Notes: a model not told the origin generated them from the sequence alone. A stretch of 64,000 bases of DNA from Hydrolagus affinis (GCA_012026655.1 JAAILG010000609.1:1-64000), one strand, 5' to 3'. Shown: positions 51,501 through 63,850, counted from the stretch's first letter. Program-made: numbers and translations.

Positions 51501-51702
51501 GTCACAAACAAACTGAAAACATCAACATTCAACACCATTGATACATTCGAATAATTCTGCCTCACTTCCATTCAAACAATATGGCAGCAAACATGAATAT
51601 AAATCTGTGTCAAATATGAGCCTTATGGCTGTTAAAATATTCTGCAAGTCCGTAGATAATTGTGCAATAGTTTTTTTTTGTGTATGTTTTTTTTGTAGAA
51701 AA

Positions 51703-52347
51703 TTAAATACTTTTTTCTGACACGCAAGATGAAGGCGTGCTGAAAGTGCAATTCAAAATGTCAAATGGTCTGTCCTCCTGGCTTGGCTCAGTGTTGTTTC
51801 GTGTGTTGCGTTGAGGCTCAACGATGGCCTTCTCTTGCAGGATTGTGCACAGGATAGCTTTAGTCTGTGGCGGTGTCCCAGAGAGAGCCTTGTCAAGCTC
51901 AATGTGATTCTCGTGTGGGATGCTGAAGGGGTGAAAGTTCGACCCATGAGCTGCTGCCTCCCACGTTTGGTGGTTGGTGAAGTCTGTAAACAAGTGTCTC
52001 ATGGGGTTAGCTGTGAGACTATTTTGCCTCTGGAGTTCCTTGAGCTCCTCCTTCATGCGCAGTGAGGCATAGCTGGTATTGACACTGTCGGTGTAAGAGA
52101 GTGGCGTTTGATGCCCACTCACCCATCCGACCCTGTGTGTCTGACTGTCCCTAACAGCACCCACTGTCCGCTTCAGTCGCTCACACCCCATGGTAAACAG
52201 CTTCTTCCGGCAGAGTATATACACCCAAGGATCCAGGATTGGATTAAATGATGCAAAACGGATTGCTAGAAGGTCACCAATGTAATCCAGTTTCTCACCA
52301 GCCTGGATCTTCCCGGGGCCATACAGCTGATTCACAAAAATGCGGAG
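51703..52347 (-). CDS. ptger4c: EP4 paralogue coding exon 2 (LRIFVNQLY, TM7 IRFASFNPILDPWVYIL, C-tail ending SEKSI*)
   Basis: Minus-strand acceptor ttttctttttctcctcag| before 52347, in frame with ORF 51703..52335. TM7 carries the prostanoid-receptor Arg and DPWxY motif. The C-terminus resembles EP4 SEKCI. Total 496 aa. Confidence 0.93.
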   Translation of the reverse strand, partial: LRIFVNQLYGPGKIQAGEKLDYIGDLLAIRFASFNPILDPWVYILCRKKLFTMGCERLKRTVGAVRDSQTHRVGWVSGHQTPLSYTDSVNTSYASLRMKEELKELQRQNSLTANPMRHLFTDFTNHQTWEAAAHGSNFHPFSIPHENHIELDKALSGTPPQTKAILCTILQEKAIVEPQRNTRNNTEPSQEDRPFDILNCTFSTPSSCVSEKSI

Positions 52348-52449
52348 CTGAGGAGAAAAAGAAAATACATATTAATTTTTTGGGGAACTGTAGACTGATG
52401 GAGCGTATCAGTTGGAGGCTGAAAAGGAGCAATTCAATCATACACTCTG

Positions 52450-52702
52450 ATAAAAGCACTTCACAGAATACATTGTAAAGTGAATTGACTATATTTGTGG
52501 GCTAAACGCGGCAGCCGATTGTGCACAGCAGTGTTCCCACAAACAGTCGTGGATTGAAATGAACAATTTTTTTTGAGGGATTATTATTAGGCGTGTGTGT
52601 GGAGTAAGGAAACTTGCCCAAGGTTTCGCCCTGACCTGCCTGGATTCAAACACAGGCCTCTCGCTTGTAAGGCGAGTGCTCTAACCACTGAGCTACAGGA
52701 GC
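52450..52702 (-). mobile_element. SINE in the ptger4c intron
   Basis: Head and core with partial tail. Confidence 0.88.
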
Positions 52703-53964
52703 AACAAACGTCATATATACCACCTTGTCACGTGGTTGAAACATCTCAAAGTACAGCACAGGATATGCTGCGATGTGGACTGACTGTAATTTGTGGGCGA
52801 AACATGGCAGCCAGTTGTACCACAAACAACTATGAAGGGAGTCCCAAATGGCTCCGGGGGTTATGAAGGTTGACCACTGCAATGAAACTGTATTGTTCGG
52901 CTGTGTATCAGCCTGGCTCAGTGGAGGAGCTCTCGCCTCGGTGGTCAGATGGTTGTGTTTCGGAATATCCCATTTCCTCGGGTAGTACTGCAGTGGGATG
53001 CTGGGCGCCGGCTGCATTGTCCTCTCAACGTGAAAGGCGCTATATCAATGTAAATTTTGATTGACTGAATTGGTTACTCAATCCTCGGTTGTTTGTGGGA
53101 CATTTAGCCCACAAAATAGCCAGTTAAACCAACTGACAGTATATTCTTGAAGTGTTTTGAAAAATCTCAATGCGATAAGTTGCTGTATCAAATGTTAGGA
53201 TCATCATGATTATTATTACTATTATTATTATTAATGTAGAACTGTTTGAATCAAATATCTGGGAGTCCAGATCCATAATATGGTTTATATTGGTCAGCCA
53301 ACAGGATATTAAAGCCACACACAAGTGTACGCTGATTAAATCTATCTTCACTGTGACTATTGCAGATCTGATCAAGTCGTGAGAAGGGAAGAGAATGTGT
53401 TGACAGCATAAACTGTTACACGTGAAAGCTGACAGAGCTTGCGTATTATCCAATTTTACTAGGAAGGGATGTGTCACAACAGAGAACACTGAGCAGACAA
53501 TACTTAGACAGGAGAGGAAGTGTGCACTTAGTGTGAGCAAAAGATAATTTAAAGGATCGAGCCTATCACTATGTAATAGAAACCATCCACCTACTGGCAA
53601 ACTGTGCGCGCTATTTAGACCCGCGTGTAACAGCAGAAGGTATCTGCTGCTCGTTAAATTTAACTCTGTCACTGCCCAGTTCTGATCATTTAGGATGGTG
53701 CGAGAGTGGCCTGAACCTGACTTTTGTCTGCCATTTCGTTTTCATTGCGTTTTCCATCGTTTAATTTGCGGAATGCCGAGTGGTTGCAAAATCCTATTGT
53801 TTGAACGATACAGTGTGCTGTGCAAACAGGAGCAGCAGTAACCCCAAGCTTACATTAGTTGATACAAGCGAAAGGTTTCAAGCAAATAATAGCAGAGTGT
53901 GACTTGTGTATCCAGAGCCGGTTTATACTTATTTATATTTTAGGCGTATATGGAGTCCTGCAAC

Positions 53965-54095
53965 TCCAGGGTTGTGGACCCAAAACATTGACTCACTTTT
54001 CCTCTCTCTATAGATGCTGCCTGACCTGCTGAGTGTTCTCGGCCATTTCTGTTTTTGTTTCAGATTTCCAGCATCTGCAGTATTTTGTGTTTCTC
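53965..54095 (+). repeat. Interspersed repeat of the AGATGCTGCCTGACCTGCTGAG..GATTTCCAGCATCTGCAG type
   Basis: Motif recalled as an abundant chondrichthyan repeat, possibly derived from a Penelope terminus; family assignment uncertain. Confidence 0.45.
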
Positions 54096-54344
54096 TTTAA
54101 CATGAATCGGTGTTTGTTCGTTTGCAATTACAATTGTTTATTGTAAATTTACTCACACAATTATTTTATAAAATGAACAGCTGCATAGCATTATTTAGAC
54201 AATAACCTCATCACAATTGAACACTTGTGTCTTATTGAAACGTTGTCAAAAAGTGATGGTTTATCCCCACAGGAAGTGACTCTGACAATCGACTAACAAC
54301 AGGGTTCTTAGGTAAACACAGATGTGTGGAGTAATTAGCCCAAC

Positions 54345-54746
54345 GTGGAGTCCTGTGGAGTGCAGGATTAGTAGCTCAGTGGTTGGAGCACTCACCTCGC
54401 ACGCGAGAGACCTGGGTTCGATTCCCAGCAGAGTGAAACTTTGGGCAAGTTTCCTTACTCCACATGCCTGATAATAATCCTTCCAGAAACAAAAAAAATA
54501 ATAAATTGGTCACTTCAATCCATGACTGTTTGTGGCACACTGGCTGCCGTGTTTTGTCCACAGGTATAGAGTCAATTTACTTTACAGTACATTCTGTAAA
54601 GTGCTTTGAGACAGCTAGAAGTTGTGAAAAGCACTATATCAAATGCAAAGATTATTATTATTAATAGTGTTCTGCCCTGACGGGAATCAAACCCAGGGCT
54701 TCTCGGTTGCCAGGAAGTGCTCTAACCACTTAGATACAGGATTCCA
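54345..54746 (+). mobile_element. Full SINE (+) followed by an inverted SINE head (54670-54746, -)
   Basis: Head, core and tail, then the reverse complement of a head. Confidence 0.82.
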
Positions 54747-55314
54747 GTTATCCAGACAAAACTGAAATCGTTTGCCTTCTAAACCTGATACACTTCCAAA
54801 TCTGCAATGATGATACGGAACAGTGCCTTCTACATCTGATAACTACCCCTAATCTCATGTGAGACAGTTTTTCTCCAGATGTTTTCTAAACTGATGTGTG
54901 TGTGTGTATATAAAAAGAATGGATGTGCATGCCACAATCTGAGGATAGGGTATGATTTAGGAATGTAGGAATAGGACCAGAACCTTTGGGCAGTTGATCT
55001 TGACAGTTTATTTTATTGGGTAATGGCAATTCTTTATTTGTAATCCCATTTAGAAACATGGAAATTGGAGGAATAAGCAGCCTATTCCCGGACTGTGACT
55101 ACACTTTACTGTTTCAGATCTTTTAATACCATTTACGACCATTTACTACACATCCCTTAATACCCTTATCTCCCAAGTATCCATCTATATCCCAATTTTC
55201 TCTCTAGGGTTTTCTCTTTGATTTAGATCCATCTCTTATTATTATCATTATCTTTCTAACTATTCAGCTCTCCATTTCTCTGTCTCTCTATGTGTGTCTG
55301 GAAAGTGATTCAGG

Positions 55315-55414
55315 NNNNNNNNNNNNNNNNNNNNNNNNNNNNNNNNNNNNNNNNNNNNNNNNNNNNNNNNNNNNNNNNNNNNNNNNNNNNNNNNNNNNNN
55401 NNNNNNNNNNNNNN
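55315..55414. other. Assembly gap (100 N) in the ptger4c intron
   Basis: Run of exactly 100 N, a usual placeholder for a gap of unknown size. Confidence 0.98.
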
Positions 55415-55486
55415 GGCGTCTGTCACTGTAATTGTAAAAGGATGAAACAATCACCCCACAACTGAAGTCTTTGCAGATTTATAGCC

Positions 55487-55945
55487 ATGACTGTTTGTGG
55501 GACATTGCTGTGCGCAATTGGCTGGCTGCCCACAAAATATACAGGCAATCCACTTTACCGTCTACTCCGTAAAGCGCTTTGAGGCGTCTCAAAAACGTAG
55601 CAAGGCACTACTTGTGGAGTACTGTAGCTCTGTGGTTGGAGCACTCGCCTGGCAAGCGAGAGACCTGGGTTCGATTCCCAGCCAGGGAGAGACCTTAGGC
55701 AAGTTTCCTTACTGCACACACCTGATAATAATCCTTCGTATGTGTACATAAGAAAAAATAAACCCCCAATAATAATTCGGTCACTTCAACCCACGACTGT
55801 TTGTGGGGACACACCGCTGTGCGCAATTGGCTGCCGCGTTTCGCCCACAAAAATCACGCCGTGGATTCACTTTACTGTCTGTTCCGTGAAGCGCTTCGAG
55901 ATAACATCTCAAAGGCAAGGCGCTGGAGCGAACGCAAAGATTTAT
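55487..55945 (+). mobile_element. Tandem SINE fragment plus full SINE
   Basis: Core and tail at 55487-55610, then a head from ~55614 with core and diverged tail. Confidence 0.8.
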
Positions 55946-56108
55946 CAATCATCACAATCACACATGAGTCAATTCAAACTTCTCTGGTGGGAAAGAGAAA
56001 GAGAATCCCACACAAATCCCAGCCCCCACCCCTCTCCAGCCCCAGCCCCCAAGCTCCCAACCCCCCGATCCACCCCCAGCACCCCCAATCCAACCTTTTT
56101 GTACTTAC

Positions 56109-56954
56109 CACCAGAGGGATGGAACACACCAGGAAGACAATGGTCATGAAGACCAACAACCAGAACATCTGCATCTCAGCCGCCGAGGCCGTGAATCGAG
56201 CCAATCGGTGACCCCTGGAGCCCCCGGTGCTGATGGGGACGTCGCACCGGATCGTGGACCTCTGGCGCATGCGGATGAGGGTCCCACACACGGACAGGTT
56301 ACACAGCACCGTCACCAGGATCAGGAACAAGCTGAAGCCGCCGTACATGTAGGTGTACGAGGCAGAGGCCGTGCTGTTGGCTCTCCAGTCCAGGAAGCAC
56401 CAGGTGCCGGGGAAGTGCCGGACGTTCCTGCCCAGCCCGAAGCAGGGCAAGATGCAGAAGATCACGTTGATCAGGTAGGCGGCCATCAGAGCCATCCTGG
56501 CCAGGTCCCTGTCCACGTAGTGGCTGTAGAAGAAGGCGTGGTTGATGGCCAGGTAGCGCTCGATGGACATGGCGCACAGGATGGTCATGCCGGCCGAGCC
56601 GAAGAACAGCATGGAGAAGGAGAAGAAGTGGCACAGGGGCTCCCCGCCCGGCCACCGCTGGCTCAGGTAAGTGGCGATGACCACTGGGCTGGTGCAGCAG
56701 GTACCCAGCAGGTCGGTCACCGCCAGGCCACACACCAGGGTGTAGAAGGTGGTCTCCTTCTGCTCCTTCTTGGAGACGCACAGGACCACGATGGCGATCA
56801 GGTTGCCCAACACCCCGACCCCGAACATGGTGGCCGAGGTGACCACATGGCTGGTCTTGATGCCGAGAGGCTCAGCCGAGCTGTTGGCTGAGGTCTGGTT
56901 CATCGGGTCCCAACTCGAGTCGTTCAGGAACTCAGCCATGGTCAGGCTCACCAT
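56109..56954 (-). CDS. ptger4c: Prostaglandin E2 receptor EP4 paralogue (EP4c/EP4b type), coding exon 1 (N-terminus to TM6)
   Basis: Motifs MFGVGVLGNLIAIVVL..SKKEQKETTFYTLVCGLAVTDLLGT, MSIERYLAINHAFFY, ECL2 FPGTWCFLDW and AAEMQMFWLL..VFLVCSIPLV. Minus-strand donor GTG|GTAAGT after 56109, phase 0, at the TM6 intron typical of prostanoid receptors. An alternative start at 56939 has strong context (accATGG). Confidence 0.93.
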
Positions 56955-57375
56955 CTCTCCCTCTCTCTCTAGCTGTCACTCTCTCTTATCTCTCTAGCTA
57001 TATCTCTCTCTATCTATCCAGCTATCTCTCTCTAGCTAGCTATCTCACTCAATCTCTCTCTCTCTATATATATATATATAGTTCTCTATCTTTCTGTTTC
57101 TCCCTATCTCTCTTTCTCTCTATCCATCTCTCTCTAGCTCTTTCTTTCAATCTCTCTCTTATATCTTTCTTTCTAGCTCTCTGTATATTTCTCTCTATAT
57201 ATATATATATATCCCTCTCTATATATCTCTCTATATATCTCTCTTTATCTCTCTCTATATATAATATATATATATATCTTTATCTATTTCTTTCTCTGTA
57301 CTTCTCTCCCTCTCTTTCTCTGTATCTCTCTTATCTTTCTTTTTCTGTGTGTGTGTGTCTCTCTCTCTCTCTCTG
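56955..57375. repeat. Compound (TC)n/(TA)n/(TCTA)n low-complexity tract directly upstream of the ptger4c ATG
   Basis: Seen directly in the sequence. Confidence 0.95.
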
Positions 57376-57659
57376 TGAGCAGTGAGTAGTGTTAACAGTG
57401 CCCACCACCTCCCTGGTCTCAAGTAATAAGAAAGTAAAAAACACCAACTAGTCCAGAGAAAAGAGTTGCTTCAGCAGCTTCTACCACTGCTGGGGAAACG
57501 AAATGTACCAGTAAGTACAGTACCTGGGTTGAGCTCAGGTCTCTCCTTTAAGTCAAGTCCATTAAGTCCATTCTCTCTAGCCCCTTGCCTTGCCCTTTGC
57601 CTTCCACCTTCTACTGTTCAAGCTGCTCTCTCTGCCTCTGCCTGCCTGGCCGGCTGTCT

Positions 57660-57900
57660 CCCTGTTATATGTGACTCACTAACTAAAAGGCTCTCTTTTT
57701 AAATCCATCGTTGCCTCCTGCAGGTGGCAAACAACACACGCAAAGATGAGCCAGACGTCACATTGCCTTGCAAATCCTCCCCAGCTGCAGATATAGTGAT
57801 CGTGGACAAACCTCAGTGGGGGAAACACTGGAACCCCTTTAGGCAGCAGAGAACAAATTTGCTGCTGTTTTGCTGACCACCAGAGGTGTGTGTGTGTATT
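57660..57900 (-). promoter_or_regulatory. Probable promoter region of ptger4c
   Basis: Non-repetitive block upstream of the ATG. Contains TATA-like TTTAAAA (57697-57703, minus), CRE-like TGACGTCT (57753-57760, minus) and AP-1 TGACTCA (57672-57678). Motif matches only. Confidence 0.4.
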
Positions 57901-57902
57901 AA

Positions 57903-57936
<34 letters not shown>

Positions 57937-58039
57937 TATATACACACACACACATGGTTTTCTTGTTCAATTGCATTTCTGAGACTTATCGGTTGTGATT
58001 TAGCGCCTTCGGTTTTCATCCACTTTCTCTAGTTGGTTA

Positions 58040-58342
58040 ATAATAATAATAAGCCAAACTTCTAGGCGTCTCAAAGCGCTTCACAGAATATACTGTAAAA
58101 GTGAATTGACTGTATTTCTGTGGGCGAAACGCAGCAGCCAATTGCGCACAGCCGTGTCCCCCACAAACAGCCGTGGATTTGGAAATTGACAATCTATTAC
58201 TTTTTTGGGGGAGGGATTATTATTAGGCGCGTGCGTGTGGACTAAGGAAACTTGACTAAAGTTTCGCCCTGACCTGCCTGGAATCGAACCCAGGTCTCTC
58301 GCTTGTAAGGCGAGTGCTCTAACCACTGAGCTATAGGACTCT
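58040..58342 (-). mobile_element. Near full-length SINE
   Basis: Head and core, tail with a deletion. Confidence 0.88.
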
Positions 58343-59419
58343 GGTGAGGAATAAGAGATATATTTTCTTCTTTTTTGAAAAAAAATCCATAAGGTTGATT
58401 TGAGAACCTTTCTCTTTTTTTGCTTTCTCGTTTCCAAAACAGATGAGAACATGTTTTACCTTTTTTTTAAAAAAAAATTGTGAAAGAAACATACAATGAG
58501 TCAGGGTTTGGATGAATTTCTGAGTCGAAGTTAATTCGGAGAACTCACATTCCCAAAATATTCCAGCGCTGTCACGTTCTGCGAAAACAAAGTTCATTTT
58601 CTTTTTGCCAATCTTATATTTTTTCCTTTTTTTTTATGGCTCCCGTGTTTCGCCCGCACCATGTACAGTCAATTCACTTTATGGTATGTCTATACTGTGG
58701 AGCGCTTTGAGACGCCTCGACAACGTGACAAGGCGCTACCTCAAACTCACGGATTATTATTAGCAATCGCTAATACGTATCAGAAATGGCTGTTAAGTCA
58801 TAGGTGTGCTGATATCTGTACTCTCACTTCAACCTTTCTTCCCGCCCACCCCGCCTCCCACCCACACCCCCAAGTGTAACAGTCAAACTCCGTCCATGTA
58901 CACAAGTGAAAATCCACTTCAATCCGTCCTGGCAATTTGCAGATATCTTACGCCTTTTTTGATCTAAACACTTGCCCTCATTAATTGGGGAAAAAGGCAG
59001 TAAATCAACGTGAGTCTTAAATTAATTAACAAGCGAATCCCCGGGGTACAGATTTCAAAGCTTGAAACAAATCAGGACATTTCGATGAGGGAATTGTATC
59101 ATTGTTTTCACATTTTATCTCTTGTTTCCCCTTCCCCAACCCCCAACTCCCACTTTGTAGGTTTTCCTGTCCACTATAATGCGATCTTTACTCTCTGAAT
59201 CAGCACTCCTCGTTGTCTTTAAGATCCAGACTCTGCAAACTACCTTCTTGTCTTTTCCCTGTTTTGATTTCTTTATTTCATCCTTATTTTAGTCATCAAT
59301 CCTTTCTTCAGTTCAAACCTGGTCATCGTGTTATCGTAAAGAACTCGAGTTTTGTCTTCGCCCTGTTCACTCCCGTCAGCTCCTAATCTTCACGGTGAGA
59401 ACGGTAACAACAAACTAGG

Positions 59420-59731
59420 GGAGCTGGGTTCGATGCCCATGTTGGACAAATGTTTGAGCGAGTTTCATTACTCCTATAAGTAGGAACCCAGTTGTTAGTT
59501 GATTGGCGGATCACTTTTCAAGGGAAAATAATCCTGTAAAAAATATACATTAATAATTTGATCAATCAATCCATGACTGTTTGAGGGACACTGCTGTGCA
59601 CAATTTTGACCCACAAAATATACAGTTAATTAACTTTCGAGTATATCCTGTGAAGCACTTTGAGACGTTTAGAAGACGCGATAAGGCATTATAATCAAAC
59701 ATGAGGATTATTGTTATTATTATTATTATTA
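59420..59731 (+). mobile_element. Diverged SINE
   Basis: B box GGTTCGATGCC, core and (ATT)n tail. Confidence 0.75.
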
Positions 59732-62055
59732 TTGTCTCATTCAACCTGCAAGCTATTTCTCCTGTTCTACCAGTGCAAACCGAAGCATTCATAAATATGC
59801 TTTAAGAAAAAGTTACTGCTTATTTCAACGTGTGGTTTTTATAGTGTTTAAATTAATAGTGATAAATCTAATTTTGACATCGGAGTTGCTTTCTGGTAAA
59901 TATTAGTTTCTGTTTCACATCACAGTGCATGACAGATGGTATTATCCAAGGACCCACTCCTGGACTGAGAGAGGACAGACCTCATGATGAAGAAATAATC
60001 TATAGCGCAGACAAGAAGAGAATTTAATTACTTTTTTTATTGATTGCTTGAATCTCATGCGAAAGGTTTCAGAACCCTTACCGTATGTACCATCCACTCG
60101 ATGAAGGAGAAAGTATTCCCTTCGGATGATGTAGGCAATTGAATGTACCTATAGATTTTCAATGAGCGAACACAGAATATATATTTTTCCCGTGTTCTGG
60201 GAAGAATTGCTTTCACCAATATTGTATGGCATTTCAGTGTTTAAATCACAGCAGGATGCAAAGTAGCCACAGTGATAAATGTGCCAACATGTGGAATGAG
60301 ATTGCATTTCCTCTATGCTGATTGTAAACACTGATTGAGTAAGAAAATTAACTGTTGTTAATTTTTTTTTAGCAAATAATATTCATTGATTAAAATACTT
60401 CTGTGCAATTTCAGTTGTGTTTCCAATAACAATGCAACTGGTGTTCCCAATCTCTGACTGATCAACACACTGTAATAGTGAGCGAAGGAGTAAGTATTTT
60501 GATTGGACCATCTCAAATCTGTCAATTAAGAACCACAAAGCTAAATATAATTCAAAATGTCACGTACTCACTGGTTGGTTAAAAAAACCCTTGTATGATA
60601 AACAGAAACAAGTTGACTGAATATGATATTGTTAATTAGATGAATATTGTGCTGTCTGCTTCAAGTCATTCTCCAATGCAATTTGCTTCGTTATTGCTTC
60701 CGTTGTGTTGCTCGTAGATGTAAGATTTTATTTAGATTCTAGATGTTTTTATCGTGAAATTTGTGCTCTTTGGTGATGTTTTCGGCTGGCTGATTTGTCC
60801 CAAGTGAACATTGTTACCAGATTGAACAACTCTGACAGACACAATGGGCCAAATTCTGTGTTGTATTACTCTATGATTTATGAACAGGAATAAAGAATAG
60901 CTTGCATTTATTTAGCTCCACATCCAAATTGCCTCCAAAATATACAGTCACTATTCTTTACAGTAAATCCTGGGAAGCACTTTGAGACTTATCCTGGTGT
61001 GGAAGGGCTATGTAAGGATAGCCCTTACATAGCCCTTAATGTAACGATAATTGTCAATATTTTTCAATGTCCTCTGAATAGACTTTATTCTATCTTCTCT
61101 TTCACCTGCTGAATCCTTGCATTTGATATAGAGTTCTATCACATCTTCGAGACATCACAAAGCATTTCACAGAACAAGATCGTAGATTATTATTATAGAT
61201 TATTATTATTCCATGACTATAATAATCAAATTATTAATCAAATACTTGAATAATAAAAAATATGTATTTTTTTCTTAAGGCATTATTACCCCCAGAAAAA
61301 TGATCCACTAATCGACTAACATCCAGGTTCCTACTTAATACTCTGTAAACGGAGGCGTGTGAAGTGAGGAAACTTGCCTCATGTTACACAAGTCTCTGCT
61401 ACATTGGTCTGGTGAGAACACTCAATTTCTAATTTGCTATTTGGAGAGTTGATTTTGTTATATAAATGCCATCACTTTTATTGTATCCATTCTTCTTTTT
61501 CAATTTCTTTTGACAAGCTTTCAGAGTCAAATTGATGCCTTCATTCTCTCTGATGAAAAGACTCCATTCTGTGGGTGATTCTAAATGCTGATTAACTATT
61601 ATCAAGTTGTCAGATGAATAAAAAGGGCTAACCTTCACTGTACCATGACTATGTCTATGCGTATGGGCACATTCAGATTCCGGCACAGGAGGATTGGGAA
61701 TAGGAACAGTATTGTATGATGTACATCACAAACATTGGTGTATATGAGTTCACTATAAATGCCATCAACAAGTTATCCCTTCAGTATAGTCTAGAGAGGA
61801 TTTGCCTTTTTTTTACACAACGAATGCTACAGACCATTGATTTAAGTATGTGATTGCTTGGAGACTACCATGAGTTAGCGTTAATATGAGGTGCTGTGTC
61901 TTACACTTCCCAATTTCCCCGCTTTCAAATTGCTCCATAAAACTCCTATTTACCCCAAATGGTCAATTAAAATTCTTAGAGCTGTGTTATAGGAATCCTG
62001 AAAAAGGAACTCATCTAAATTAACACACTACACTGGGCATATTGAAGTGACACTA

Positions 62056-62348
62056 TAATAATCCTTGCGTTTGATATAGCGCTTTTCACGTCTTCTAGAC
62101 CCCTCAAAGCACGTCACAGAATATACTGTAAAGTGAATTGACTATGTTAATGGGAGATGCGCAGCAGCTAATTGCGCGCAGCAGTGTCCCCCATAAACAA
62201 TCGTGGATTTCATTATTGGGTTTTTTCTTGAGGATTATCATCAGGCATGTGGAGTAAGGAAACTTGCCCAAGGTTTCGCCCTGCCAGGAATCAAACCCAG
62301 GTGTCTCGCTTGCGAGGCGAATCCTCTAAACACTGAGCGACAGGACTC
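62056..62348 (-). mobile_element. Full-length SINE
   Basis: Complete head, core and tail. Confidence 0.88.
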
Positions 62349-62866
62349 ATATAGCTGAGTAACACGACTGAGACTAAAATAATAAAACGAAAAACTGTGT
62401 AGCAATAATTATTTTATTCGACACACTAACATTCCTTACCCCAATTAACACAAAAATACCTAGAAATAATGAATCATTTTGATCTTCAATTTTCTAAGCA
62501 GAGCAATCTTGTTCTATTAGTCCGTAATAAAGTAGCGGCAACTTAGTCAATTTATTTTCATGTACCTGAATTTAAGATGAATCACAATTCAATGTGAATT
62601 ATTCCAAGCAAAACAGCTTTATCATTGATTATTGATTTAAGTTTATTCTTCCTTAAACTAATATTTTGCTATTTCAGTATTATATAAACATTTATTGCAT
62701 GACTGCTTTTATTACTACCTGTTTTGTACCCAAATAAAACCTAGTGCAGTGTTAATAATAATGCTTTTAACAGTTTCCTGTGAAGTCTAGACTGATCTAC
62801 ATTTTGAGATGGGAAATGGAACTGCATTTTGGTATTTGTTACATAATTTGCTTTGCAATTACAAAA

Positions 62867-63250
62867 GAACATAAGAATAAGGAGCAGGAGTAGGCCATTC
62901 TAGGCAGGTCAGGGTGAAACCTTGGGCAAGTTTCCTTACTCCACAAGCCTAATAATAATCCGTCCAAAAAAAACACAATAATCAAATTGGTCATTTCTAT
63001 CCACGACTGTTTGTGCAATTGGCTGCCGCAATTCGCCCACAAATATACAGTCAATTCACTTTACAGTATATTCTGTGAAGCGCTTTGAGACGTCAATAAG
63101 ATATGAAAAGCGCTATATCAAATGCAAGGATTATTATTATTATTATCATTATTCGACCCCTCGAGCCTGCCCCGCCATTCAATAAGATCATGGCTGATCT
63201 TCTATTCTAACTCCACCTACCCACCTTAACCCCATATCCCTTAATCCCTT
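62867..63250 (-). mobile_element. CR1 3' end split by a SINE (62901-63150, +)
   Basis: The flanks rejoin as GGCCATTC-GACCCCTCGAG, the reverse complement of the CR1 end seen at 6860-6940. Confidence 0.8.
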
Positions 63251-63619
63251 TATTACTGGGGAGAAATTTTACCTGGGTTTAGATTTCCTCAATTTATTTA
63301 ACATTTTAAGAGTGTCCAGATTTTGGCAAATTGTAGAATTTAGGCTTCACTTTGAAGTCGGGTTTCCACAGTCCTCGAAACTAGTTTACAAAAAAAAGAC
63401 TTAAAAAATTCAGACTGTATTGAGTAAATTTGCTAAATGTTGGACTTCTGAAATGTTACTGTACATACATAAAATAAATCTAACGCCGGCTGGAATATTT
63501 TCCCCTTGCATTACCAACAATTGTATTTCTCTCTGAAATATTTAAACCTACCCTTGTGAATTGACCCTGGAATTCGGGTGAAATTTCAGACAAGATATTT
63601 TGATCAGAAATCATGATGA

Positions 63620-63850
63620 TACAACAACAACAACAAAATTCCACTTGTACAGCGCCTTTCACGTCAGGAGGTTGTCCCAAGGCGCTGGACAGTCACGGCT
63701 TCAGACCTAAGCTGGGGACAGGTGCGGGAGGGAAAGGGGTGGGATTAGGAGTTGCCGATGGGACCATCGAAGAGGAGAGTCTCGAGGCGGGACTCGATAC
63801 AACAACAACAACGATAAAATTACATTTATCAATCGCCTTTCATGTCGGGA
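63620..63850 (-). mobile_element. Two adjacent L2 3'-end fragments
   Basis: Two (CAA)n tails, each followed by ..GCCTTTCA.GTC.GGAGG. Confidence 0.7.

Noticed and set aside
53124-53672. 182-aa hydrophobic ORF in the ptger4c intron, same strand as the gene
   Set aside because: Non-ATG start, ends within a SINE tail, low-information composition and no motif.
55974-56108. C-terminal VSTKRLDWGCWGW.. extension of the 326-aa ORF
   Set aside because: Read-through past a consensus GTAAGT donor into intron; TM7 is supplied by exon 2.
56208-56891. 227-aa antisense ORF and 160-aa alternative-frame ORF (56299..56781) over ptger4c exon 1
   Set aside because: Explained by the high GC3 of the real coding exon, which suppresses stops in shadow frames; no recognisable domain.
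60095-60135. Possible hammerhead ribozyme or Penelope-terminal core (CTCGATGAAGGAG; similar at ~50626)
   Set aside because: The CUGAnGA and GAAA cores and flanking stems are not intact by eye; an Infernal search would be needed.
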